Below, piece by piece: positions 38,301 to 44,830 of a DNA stretch of 55,024 nt. The translations under genes and the position numbers were made by a program. This DNA is from a virus (taxonomy: Duplodnaviria; Caudoviricetes): IMG/VR virus record IMGVR_UViG_3300032285_001218, positions 1 to 55,024 of that record; one strand, 5' to 3'. The notes under the pieces are model-generated. The model was not told the DNA's origin. It saw nothing but the letters and a program-made list of their open reading frames with translations, and ran no database searches. Every line of letters begins with the position of its first letter. Within the stretch, counting starts at the first letter, position 1.

Positions 38301-40893
38301 AAATTAAATTTACTTGCTCAATTGGAGTTACGTTGGCACCAAGAGAGGTGGCAGTCAAAATAAAATTACGTTTAAATTGATTATAGTTATCTCGTGCTTG
38401 TTCTATAGCACGAACAATATTGTTTGTACTTGATGTAATATGGTATAGGCTTAAACTTGCCGGGCCGCTATGTTGTACAAATTTAGTCCCGTATTGTGTA
38501 ACATTACCGAGATCTCTTAAATTACTAGCGCCTGGAAACACTCCAGTAAATGTCGAATTATCAAAGTTATCAATGATACTATCAACGTGATCAATAACTT
38601 CCCCCAATGTAAAATCTGCAATGTCACTATTAAGAGGATTATTTTTCAAATTTACTGGAATTTCATAAAACCCGTTGGAATTGATTGGCTGTGTAGCAAA
38701 CGCTCGAATAGTTAATACATCGGTGAGTAAGATATCTGTATTAAGAATAATATTTTTATAGTCTGATTTAGTAATTAGACTCCAATGATCACTAGTTAGT
38801 CGTTTGCCGTTGATGTACACTCGAACAATTAAATCTTCAAGGTTTGATACATTATCAAATATATCAATATCAAAATTATTTGTTTTATTAGAATTTTTAT
38901 AAATCCTTATTGCAGCTTGTGTAGTTGGCGTTGTTGCAATTTGCCACCCATTAACAAAATTCTTATTTCCATTATTATCAGTTTTAACAAGATACCCTGT
39001 TTTAACAGATTTATTAATGATAGTAATAATATCTTTATATTGGAATGAGTCGGCCGCAAGATTGAAATTAAAAACAATATCTCCAATGTTTGCAATATTT
39101 TTATAAGATAAGGCAAATCCTAAATTTGTATCTGGTGTTCCGCTTCCAATTTTATAAGAAAATAATTTTGTACCTAAAAAAGTAGTTCCGTCGTATATAG
39201 TTTTGTCGCCAAAACTTTGATTTAAATCATCAACAATATCAAATAATGGTGATTGATTAACAGTAGTTTTTTGTTGAGTGGGCAACCAAGTTGTACCGTT
39301 ATACCAATACATTAATCCTTTATTTGCAGTTCCTTGTTTGACTAGCACAACATCATTAAGTACAGGTTCAGCGACTTTAACTAATCGAATTTGTCTACTA
39401 CCTGCATTTAAATGTAATACATCAATAAATTCTACTCTATACAAATTATTTTTTACTAAACGATCAGTGTCGGCCAGGAATAAAATTAACTGACCTTCAG
39501 CAAGGTTAACATTGTCAACATTATATCCAAGTTTGCCTTCGATAATAGAAAATGCATCAGTTGTAAACGAATCAATTAAATCAATGTCTGGAATTGCAGT
39601 AGTACCAAAGTTAAACAGTTTTAAGTTAGCTTCAAATTCAATAACAGGTCTTACAGCACGAAGTGTTTGATCCAAACCAACTGTTGAATTATTATATTTT
39701 GCACTAGTTTCTATAACATCTTTATGAAACCATCGATTGTATCTTGACCAAGGATTATGATCCAGGCTTGCACGATTAATAACAATGTAATCAAGCGTTT
39801 TGGCAAAACCAGTTGAGTCGCCAAAACCGTCACTATCAAATGGTGTGGTGTCAAATTTTAATACTGTAGACTGAGAATATACACTAGAAACTTCTAATAT
39901 AGATTTATTAATTAATTGTATAGAATTACCTACACCTTCAACATAATACTCGCCTATTGCGTAAGTAGCAGGGCTTACGTTGCCGCCGAATGATACTTTC
40001 ATCCCGTTGCTTAATTTTGTCCCGTTGCTTAAAGTATAAAATTTCTTTCCAATAATATCGGCTTCAACATCTATAAATGAATTTTCATCAACGTCGTATA
40101 TTTGAAATACACCTCCTAGATTTAAATCTGTTTCACTTTGGTAATATAATACATTAGGAGAGTTTACAGGAATTTTAAAAGTCAAAACTCCTGTTTCAAT
40201 TGAGTTATTTGTAACTCCGTTTGTATAGATATCAGCCGCATTAGTAGTCCTTGCGGTTTTAATACTAAATGGATTGCCAGTGCTATTGATTTCAAATTTG
40301 TAAGTCTGGCCTCGGTATAACTTAATAACTGGATTAGCTGTTAACCCGTCAGGAGTAAACACATACTGATTATTAGCACCTTCAGTTTGAAATGTTATAG
40401 AGTAAGAACTAATAGAATTACTTTGTTGTCCGTATATTTTAATAGTTTCAGGTCCGTAAGGTAACCAATAATAGTTTTGAAAGTTAACAAACTTATCCCA
40501 ATCAATGTGCGGATCCCAACTATAAAATTCTTGTTTATTTAAACGTGCATGATTAGTAGTGTTGGCTCCAAATACACCCAACTGATTAATATAATCTATA
40601 TAATCTTTAAAAAATATATTATTTCCTAAAGAGTCGTTTACTGTAAAACTAGGTTCTAATTGATAATTTTGTCTATTTGCATCTGCTGCCTCTACAAAAA
40701 TATCAGTTCCAGTCGTAGCTTTTGCATATTGACGACCAATATATCCGTTAACTTTTTTAACAGTACCTGGTTGTACTAACTGATCAATAGTAGCTTGAAG
40801 GAATCTCTTATTAGCATCAGTTTTATAGAAATTTGGGAGAAAATTTACTCCGATACCTTTTTTAGATCCTGCAGGGTTAATACTATCAGCCAT
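26335..40893 (-). CDS. giant multidomain virion (baseplate wedge-associated) protein, 4852 aa
   Basis: Uninterrupted ORF next to gp6-like gene; GSGY...P...GA.A repeats, FG-GAP-like repeats, W-x5-Y-x2-G-x2-V repeats. Confidence 0.8.
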   Translation of the reverse strand: MADSINPAGSKKGIGVNFLPNFYKTDANKRFLQATIDQLVQPGTVKKVNGYIGRQYAKATTGTDIFVEAADANRQNYQLEPSFTVNDSLGNNIFFKDYIDYINQLGVFGANTTNHARLNKQEFYSWDPHIDWDKFVNFQNYYWLPYGPETIKIYGQQSNSISSYSITFQTEGANNQYVFTPDGLTANPVIKLYRGQTYKFEINSTGNPFSIKTARTTNAADIYTNGVTNNSIETGVLTFKIPVNSPNVLYYQSETDLNLGGVFQIYDVDENSFIDVEADIIGKKFYTLSNGTKLSNGMKVSFGGNVSPATYAIGEYYVEGVGNSIQLINKSILEVSSVYSQSTVLKFDTTPFDSDGFGDSTGFAKTLDYIVINRASLDHNPWSRYNRWFHKDVIETSAKYNNSTVGLDQTLRAVRPVIEFEANLKLFNFGTTAIPDIDLIDSFTTDAFSIIEGKLGYNVDNVNLAEGQLILFLADTDRLVKNNLYRVEFIDVLHLNAGSRQIRLVKVAEPVLNDVVLVKQGTANKGLMYWYNGTTWLPTQQKTTVNQSPLFDIVDDLNQSFGDKTIYDGTTFLGTKLFSYKIGSGTPDTNLGFALSYKNIANIGDIVFNFNLAADSFQYKDIITIINKSVKTGYLVKTDNNGNKNFVNGWQIATTPTTQAAIRIYKNSNKTNNFDIDIFDNVSNLEDLIVRVYINGKRLTSDHWSLITKSDYKNIILNTDILLTDVLTIRAFATQPINSNGFYEIPVNLKNNPLNSDIADFTLGEVIDHVDSIIDNFDNSTFTGVFPGASNLRDLGNVTQYGTKFVQHSGPASLSLYHITSSTNNIVRAIEQARDNYNQFKRNFILTATSLGANVTPIEQVNLILAEINKDKPNNIPYYFSDMVPYRASIKNNITVIDSRVKYYPLTNSFNLDELSNKAVGVYLNGVQLIYAKDYTFDSQGFVNISANLSENDIVSIYEYDSTDGSFIPETPTKLGMWPKYEPKLYLDTSLRTPRMMIQGHDGSQILAYNDYRDDIILELEKRIFNNIKISYDTTIFDIADVIPSYNRTTDYSLTEFNEVLGPNFYKWSSLIDKDFTKPIGYNKDDSFTFNYTGHTAPDARNLPGYWRGIYYWILDTERPQLCPWEMLGFTIEPLWWQEVYGPAPYTSDNRVMWQDIADGAVRRPGLPATYIKKYAKPFLMKHIPVDEFGNLISPLASGLSSSPLTSRPTDGFIFGDISPVESTWRRSSHYAFSVILTSMLLTPSKTFGILLDRSRIVRNLTGQMVYKDTGLRVTPADITFPSIYSSTTRTQTSGIINYIANYILSDNLKSYADYQYDLLNIKTQLSYRVGAFTSKEKFNLLLDSKTPLSAGNVFVPPENYTTILNISSPVRKITYSGVIITKISNTEYEVKGYSKTQPYFKTYNFLQSGITINVGGISESFTNWDSNQNYVAGKVVKFANKFYRTTISHLSAGSFNANNFKLLPSLPIIGGRDATLRKTWDKEFAITIPYGTRFRSTQEVVDFLTGYGEWLKDQGFIFDDFNTTLNAVTNWETSAKEFLFWTTQNWATGQEHWTEWNPMDAIEYGNVVKYNGDYYQALKKVEANPIFNEESFVKLDGLSSVGSPVISLSPAADKIIFNANLCVIDDIRNPFNGYEIFKADGTPLEAILINSYREDNAVSYSSRTSDGIYGASFYLIQHEHVVLLDNSTMFNDTIYSPSTGYKQDRIKVSGYVSNEWYGGLDIPGFILDVANIQNWIPWQDYDLGDIVKYKQFFYTASKFLVGSQTFVDKDWIKLDKKPSTQLLPNWSYKAAQFEDFYSLDSDNFDAGQQKMAQHLIGYQKRQYLENIIQNDVSEFKFYQGMIIEKGTQNSLNKLFDVLSAEGQDSLTFYEEWALRAGQYGASSAFDNVEFILDESLVKNNPQGYELSDTTNNFTDFIIRQNTNQVYLKPMGYNNNPWPVISNYRPFLRSSGYVRSAEVFLILKNINDITSYDITTFTNKCYIWVTFEKNDWNVYQFTNSNISVNDLQYDSASTTLTITTTELLTLKVGEYIGLSQVTLLNGFYKITSVSQNKFTISTTIKGWSQQVVPSLVLKINVNVLISRRLSSIDDIDQSITSNLELGEQIWTDNTGTGKWASWEYTPIYETTELTNSSPANLLNYGRYIASNQQGTLVAISTNLGELQTWDKAGYKSPWLQRQNIQRPYISSAPNTGTIDGPAGNLPKNIATVTAISPDGKWLATGSKLASNVYTRITSTSPYVLGDIVYNSEDTYYYQALTSTPSTTFSDGSIWKKLLYVPVTLIPGQDSGLVEQGVISLYKKDSNNIFTIVHSIVSPSPANYEHFGSNLVFGDNVLYVTASGYNNNAGKVYKLKYTTTVYKTAYYNPVGSSSTTLALSKDIPTLAVPSPFNPTVGILPGMTISGEGFTSGQTVLEVLNGTTLTISAPADSTPSGKISFSFTGWGYDKEETYEGPAAGANLGSPLAISSDNNTLVIVSNNGVTNGKIIIITNPGTIPTQQTLQGTTTSFGKTIALSTDASYLAVGDSLASGNKQFQGNVTVYKKTTSGYVSYQELVNHKAEESGYFGSRVAFMNGSNTLVVYSSYEDTVIKTSLDQYATTLPTFSYLDENNNILTSSYVKDPISGRNEYATTFDKDSTRFVSTNVDSGRIDIYDRYSSKWVYSETLNNTLTARDGYGIGFAVGNDRVVVGAPYALDRNLVSGKVLDYLKPPSTSSWSIKYQEVAKPDVNKIRKAFLYNRVSGKLITYLDIIDVAQGRPAGPAAEEIKYQSFYDPAIYSVGTENVNVDADSPWNKSQVGRLWWDLRTAKFINSYDSDVMYRTNTWNTLATGASVDIYEWVETTLLPDAWNKIADTEAGIAAGISGTSLYGNGVYALRQRYDSISQSFKNTYYYWVKNKKTIPNVSGRYLSAQAVASLIENPRGQGYAYLALTGTNSFSLVNAKQYLKDTEVVLSVEYWTIDKNDINVHSQWKIINNDANTVLPGSVELKWFDSLCGKDLAGREVPDISLPPKLRYGIENRPRQSMFVNRFEALKQFIEQVNLTLKQEQIVTTRDISKLKLYDTPPSLITGLYDSIENTDAELRFVNAGGYKRPVFGNLIIVDGKITGLDIQFAGRGYLQAPYINIIGSGIGAKVRAIINSVGQITGVTVLSAGEGYDNNTIATVRDYSVLVYSDSQAQGTWALYSYEPTEKVWSRLQSQTYNTQKYWSYVDWFATGYNQFTAVDHAVDTLAELSSITVEIGQLVKVRNPSSGNWLVIEKYANNDLFDYTRSYNIVGIGNGTIQFNSSIYESVSTDEGYDGSTYDGAVFDNAPTTELRIILNALKDNILIDELKATYLNLFFTTVRYALSEQIYLDWIFKSSFIKARHNVGLLNQPVTYKNDNLSDYQEYIAEVKPYKTKIREYVSSYQNTDLSSTLISDFDLPPRYRDNKIVTMDAYVNHGSLVTLDSAFNSYPWKNWVDNLGFVITQLKIINGGSGYITEPVVRIVSDSGSGATARAFFSNGIINRIVLLNPGSGYLSAPTIVIDGGILATGTPAQVIAVIGKGLPRSNLIQIKFDRITHSYYVTHLEETESFSPNGSRLQFPLTWAPDNTIGSSTVTVSGVAALRDSYKLSVVSTKTGNSTKYSGLITFDSAPTGNISVTYKKNTSLLNAADRINYFYNPQEGNIGNDLSQLMTGIDYGGVVVTGLGFEISTGWGVLPYFTDKWDSVDAEFDDYIITVSAGTHTFPSNAADSLPTTWPIGSEINIYHIIHNIETHEAVLDQLSYSFSIYKNNPEVSVVYPTTSGGVDSNYDASTNYSTTTLKVADTTSIEAGMIIVGTGFTSGQTVVRNVNGTTLTISAPADSEPNGTLHFTHSIRGGNIVQLLSTVGIFVGDTIRTSSVAAFGYGTVVKEITNIGVVLDQIIYETLLPGTVLEFSRNLVIPTTANIYTAGIITLKEPAVVGSIIKITGNFDPIRIDDPHYGTPQQINSTAVVTTPVYTGDITQTVSIPVDYVVNDNDIIILRKSTSDGSIKSQDTDYDTALSGGEFLGNYSTGIFTSATGILPDDIILDGDDLISPTTSPAPEEVVPGQVVDAVAIKVYDQPPAGAANIQVDNFIADGITTSFKLSLQPNTAEAVIVRAGLDLQTSGTDYTVDYRNKQIIFNVAPTAETIITVYIIGFNGSNILDIDYFVGDGVTQEFITRAPWVTSINALIYIDGIPVTPDVFKTDSSYNSINRVAMRFGVAPEAGALLSFIIVAGTQQSFAVTKTEKIVTNGSYTYSLAYNIGNALPNESNMLVRVNNTIIPGPINSYFTISNNRLNYTVDPTKVIPYSTAISNIFVYVGDTKLNLGSDYTIDLGGITVKINKLIYSQYAKQTLVVSVTTDQSYSYDPITNKITFAESYSNLDVIEVISSYKHDILDIERTMLTVSSNLALTPDSIEYYSYKGITNGTLALDRSVINDSYIWVIQNETILVPSVDYKLNEGRTSIQLTVNPPIDDKITLITFGSNILTTGISYMQFKDMLNRVHYKRLSLNKQTVLTTDLKFDDKFIEVENAENFDKPNFIKNKPGIIEIRGERIEFYEINGNVLSKIRRGTLGTGVPLVHKAGTYVQEIGTTESIPYVDSSIVEQVISDGESIIIPLNFIPATAGVEQWFTDFGFTLTGNYSISLSYNTNDVVIYNNLYYVNIKSYVFDTTITILPTNTTYWKLYDTTIPVGYGQCDEIEVFVGGYDTSVDWLPNVTYLPGIIVTLGSYTYRCITEHTSTSNFKNDITNWTFFIGNIRLKKAPYSMHNENQAPNSPLGDIKLDADFSVDGVSSAIRLTHKLLFGTRITVIKRNGTDWDSITNIQYDNSKIAEFLKATPGIWYAENTISTVQ

Positions 40894-43800
40894 TCGATGC
40901 TCCGTAGTTTGAACTGGTTATGTTTTGTGTATAAATTGAGTCTAATGCTGCTCCGGTAACCGATTTGATATTCCCTGACGTTATTCCTGAAATGATTTCA
41001 ATATCAGCTACAGTTGCACCATTAATAAAAATTTGATCGCTTGGACATTTTATTTCAAATAAACTTCCAAAATATGATCCGGCTTGACGGGGAACAATAA
41101 TGAAATTTGTAATATCGGGAGCAAGTTGATTCATCACATAAGTGGATAATTCTGTAAAATAAAATATATCTCCAAAATTCCAATTGTCTAAAGTGAAAAA
41201 TTGATTTATTGCAGTAATTGCCCTAGACTTAATATCATTATCAGATACAACTGAATTTGTATTTTTAGTTATTTTAAAACTAGCTTGCACATCTGACGTT
41301 GCTGTACTGCCAAATAAAATTTTATAATTTACAGGATGATATACAATTTCATCACTAATGGATTTAATTAATCCTAGCGTTGGGCCTATTGTATTATACA
41401 ATTCAGAAGAACTTGGTGGCAACGGTTGTGTTGTGGCGGCGCCATCGATCCATTGTCTAAATTGTGTATCATATGCTTTAGTTAATACATAAATGTCAAT
41501 AATATTACTTGCTCCAGGATCAATCCTTGATTCGTAATCGGCACTATGTGTGTATTGAAATTTTAATTTGTCTCTACCTGGATAAACTTTATAATCAAGA
41601 GTTGGTTGAGCAATACCAAGTTTAGCATTGTAAACTTTTACAACTCCGGTATCCGCAAAATAAAAATATTGACCGTCTGAATATCCGGCAAATGATCTAG
41701 GTTGTGAACTTAAAATCATTACTTTGTCATCGTCATTATTAACATATCGATAATCTTCTTGGCCAGATGATATTTCATATTTTTCTTGCACAATGTAAAA
41801 AGTAAAGTCTACACCGTTTGCAGAAACAATATCTAAAAACATTTGCGGATTATCAACTACTCCGTTATTGTCGCTATCTTGGAAAGATACTACTAATTTT
41901 TTGTTATCAATATATCCGTCCATTCCGCTATATGACGCAATAACATCCCAAGACAAATCTGCTGTGAACGGTACTATACTTGAAGGTTTAGTATTAATAC
42001 TTAAAATATTAATTTTATCACCAACTATAGAATTAGAAGTATTGTCGTAAATTCGAATATTATCATCAAAATAAAATCTAGTTTCTTTATCGCTTTCAAA
42101 TACGTATCTTAACAATCGAGTAGTTATAGTATAAAACTCATTGTCAGTAGTAAACATCAATATCCAACTTGAATCTTGATTTGTATTGGAATTATTACCC
42201 TGTTTGCTTAAACTAAATGCACTAGTCTGATTTAAATTACTTTCAAACACCAATTGCCAAGATTGTACAACAGTATTATATCTCAAACCAAACGGTCTGT
42301 TAGAATAAATTAAATCAATCATTGTTGCAATTACTGATGTACTTAATGATGTAGATAATTTAGGAATAATCTGTATAATTTTTGCATTGGATGGAATAAT
42401 CTGATTTAAAGTTATCGGGCCGTCGGTTTGAGACAAATCAGTTCCGGCGCTGTTTACTGATATAACTTCAGCCCAAATATATGATAATGCACCAGGTTTG
42501 TCTGAGGTAGTGTAACCTGTAGGAATCGATACTAATGTATTTCCATTAGTTGAATCAAAATATTTTCCAGTTGGTGGTGCAAATTTAATTAATGCGCCAG
42601 GTGTTAAATATTTTAAATCGGTAGAAGTATACGACCCTACAGCATAAGAAACATTATTGTCAGTGAGATCACCAATATAACCTGTAGAAGAATTGCTGTC
42701 TACTGTTTGTCTATACCATGCAATTGGAAGGCTTGCAGATAAAAAAGTAACATTATTAGAGTAATAAAAATTTCTTAAATCTGATTTTTTAATAATATCA
42801 TATACTGTATTTCTTATAACTCCTTCAATATCAGTTTTAGTTGCGTAATTAAATTTTGTATATTGTACATAAGAATCTTGATATATTACCCCATCGTTAG
42901 CATATAAATTAGTTGAACTATATTTTCCTGTTGGATCTTTAAGATCAAAATAACGACTGATTCCACTAGCGGTCCTATTAACTGCTTTAATTTTTGCGGC
43001 CTGTTGCGTAACTGACAACGGACTAATATTATAATCTTCAGCAGTAATCATTCTATTTTGTGTATAGTATGTTGCTGGTGCATTTGCTTTAATAGACGCA
43101 TTAGTTTCAGAAATATCTGAATTAGAAATAGAAGTAGGAAGGTTTAATGAAATTAATAATGTTTCAGTTCGTCCTTTTTTTGATGTGTAAGGGATTGAAA
43201 TAGAAATATTTCTAATATCAGCAGGATTAATAACATAGCTAATCCCATTACTAGTTCTATAGTAAGTTCTAAAAGTTCCAAGAGGTAAATTGCCAAAAGT
43301 GCCATCACTGAATGCCAAACTAACAGAATCATTTGCTCGTGTAATCACAGCATATATATTTCTAATACTTTTATTAAGGCTATTATAAATTACATTGTTG
43401 CCTTCAAGGCTTGGAATTTTTGTCCATAGTTCAGATTCAGATCCAGATTCGTTTAATCGATATAGCCAAACATCGTTATTATTAATATTAGTAGTTGCTA
43501 GATCAACAGACTCTGTTGAACTTGGTTGAGTAATTGTAAAAGAACCTGCATTTAATGTTCCTTGTGTGAAGTTAAAAAAGAATCCAGTACCTGGGCTACT
43601 TGCACCGTGTCCGTCTTCCTTGTAGATGAAGGCCGGGTGATTTCCAATTTTTGGGGCTTCTTCGTAGATATAATCTTCGCCACTAAAAGTAGTACTAGTA
43701 ATTTCAAAATTCATGTTGCGGCCAGCAACAGATTTAGAAAAACTATAAATTGGAATATCTGTGTTAGCACCTTGAAAACGGTATTGGCTAGTTGGTATTC

Positions 43801-44341
43801 CGTATATTGTTGCCTTGTCACTAGGATTTCCAAACTGCTGATTAGAACTCATAGCTGCATTTAGTATTTTAATAAACTGATCGTACCAACTTGGGTTAGA
43901 AGGGTCGTTCCATGTAATAACTTGTTCTGCTAAATTTCTGCCGTTAGCATCAACAACAGTTTCAGTAGTACGAATAGTATTAAATTTCAAAAGTCCTTGT
44001 GCTGGAATATTACGTTTAGCATTATAACTTACTAAACGAGCTAGCCTTAAGACACTTTCTCTACGCTCCGCTAACTCTAAAAAGTTTTCACGAGCATTTA
44101 AATCAACGCGGAAAGCTATGCTTTGGCCCAAGAATGCAATAAGATCCACCAGGGCAAGGTATTCGCTAGACTCAATGTAATCGTTAAAATCTTCAGGATA
44201 GTTTGTACGTAAGTATGTAATCATGGTCCTGCGGAGATTTTCAAAATCATAACTTTGAAAGTCTGCATTACGGAATGATTGGTAAATTTTCTTCCAATCT
44301 TCGCTGATTAATAAATTATTTTGTCTATCAGTTGAACTCAT
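40886..44341 (-). CDS. gp6: baseplate wedge subunit gp6-like, extended
   Basis: DFENLR..MITYLR...FNDY.E.S, RENFLELA.RRESV..LA, QNRMITAEDY; adjacent to gp25. Confidence 0.8.
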   Translation of the reverse strand: MSSTDRQNNLLISEDWKKIYQSFRNADFQSYDFENLRRTMITYLRTNYPEDFNDYIESSEYLALVDLIAFLGQSIAFRVDLNARENFLELAERRESVLRLARLVSYNAKRNIPAQGLLKFNTIRTTETVVDANGRNLAEQVITWNDPSNPSWYDQFIKILNAAMSSNQQFGNPSDKATIYGIPTSQYRFQGANTDIPIYSFSKSVAGRNMNFEITSTTFSGEDYIYEEAPKIGNHPAFIYKEDGHGASSPGTGFFFNFTQGTLNAGSFTITQPSSTESVDLATTNINNNDVWLYRLNESGSESELWTKIPSLEGNNVIYNSLNKSIRNIYAVITRANDSVSLAFSDGTFGNLPLGTFRTYYRTSNGISYVINPADIRNISISIPYTSKKGRTETLLISLNLPTSISNSDISETNASIKANAPATYYTQNRMITAEDYNISPLSVTQQAAKIKAVNRTASGISRYFDLKDPTGKYSSTNLYANDGVIYQDSYVQYTKFNYATKTDIEGVIRNTVYDIIKKSDLRNFYYSNNVTFLSASLPIAWYRQTVDSNSSTGYIGDLTDNNVSYAVGSYTSTDLKYLTPGALIKFAPPTGKYFDSTNGNTLVSIPTGYTTSDKPGALSYIWAEVISVNSAGTDLSQTDGPITLNQIIPSNAKIIQIIPKLSTSLSTSVIATMIDLIYSNRPFGLRYNTVVQSWQLVFESNLNQTSAFSLSKQGNNSNTNQDSSWILMFTTDNEFYTITTRLLRYVFESDKETRFYFDDNIRIYDNTSNSIVGDKINILSINTKPSSIVPFTADLSWDVIASYSGMDGYIDNKKLVVSFQDSDNNGVVDNPQMFLDIVSANGVDFTFYIVQEKYEISSGQEDYRYVNNDDDKVMILSSQPRSFAGYSDGQYFYFADTGVVKVYNAKLGIAQPTLDYKVYPGRDKLKFQYTHSADYESRIDPGASNIIDIYVLTKAYDTQFRQWIDGAATTQPLPPSSSELYNTIGPTLGLIKSISDEIVYHPVNYKILFGSTATSDVQASFKITKNTNSVVSDNDIKSRAITAINQFFTLDNWNFGDIFYFTELSTYVMNQLAPDITNFIIVPRQAGSYFGSLFEIKCPSDQIFINGATVADIEIISGITSGNIKSVTGAALDSIYTQNITSSNYGASNG

Positions 44342-44350
44342 GATGTATCC

Positions 44351-44389
44351 TATCGTGTATTTATTTTATATCAATAAGTACGCAGTTTA
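44351..44389 (-). promoter_or_regulatory. bipartite late promoter-like element
   Basis: TAAACTGCGTACTTAT-8 nt-AATAAATACACGATA; last 15 nt identical to the 26300 site. Confidence 0.6.
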
Positions 44390-44830
44390 TTGTGCTAACA
44401 GGCCGTTTGCTTGATCAAATCTTAATTGTAAGCTCTGTTGGATGTTATACGCAAGAAAAGTCAGTGTGCATTGTATTTGTATACCTTGATCATATCCTGT
44501 TACTACAACATTTTCAGCTTTGATTCGAGGATCATAATTAATGATAGTATTAACATTTTTTAATATCACATCTTTTATTTCAGGTGTTAATGGTTCAAAT
44601 AGTAAGTCCCATATTACTGTTCCAAATTCAGGTTGCATTAAACGTTCGCCCTGACGTGTGTAAAAATGATTAAAAAGATCTTGTTTAATTAGTTCAAAGT
44701 CGTATAAATTATAGTTTTCAGTATTAGTATTAACTGTACTAAATCCTTTATACATTTTTGGCCTGACAGTTTCTGTTTGATTAATAGCAGGCAATGTTAT
44801 TTTTTTATATAAGTTAGCGTTTGAGCTCAT
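44387..44830 (-). CDS. gp25: baseplate wedge subunit gp25
   Basis: IKQDL.N...TRQGER.M.PEFG...DLLFEP, YDPRI. Confidence 0.9.
   Translation of the reverse strand: MSSNANLYKKITLPAINQTETVRPKMYKGFSTVNTNTENYNLYDFELIKQDLFNHFYTRQGERLMQPEFGTVIWDLLFEPLTPEIKDVILKNVNTIINYDPRIKAENVVVTGYDQGIQIQCTLTFLAYNIQQSLQLRFDQANGLLAQ

Noticed and set aside
26335-40893. Stop-codon recoding or intein as explanation of the giant ORF
   Set aside because: TAA, TGA and TAG all end genes normally in this window, and I saw no intein splice-junction or LAGLIDADG motifs
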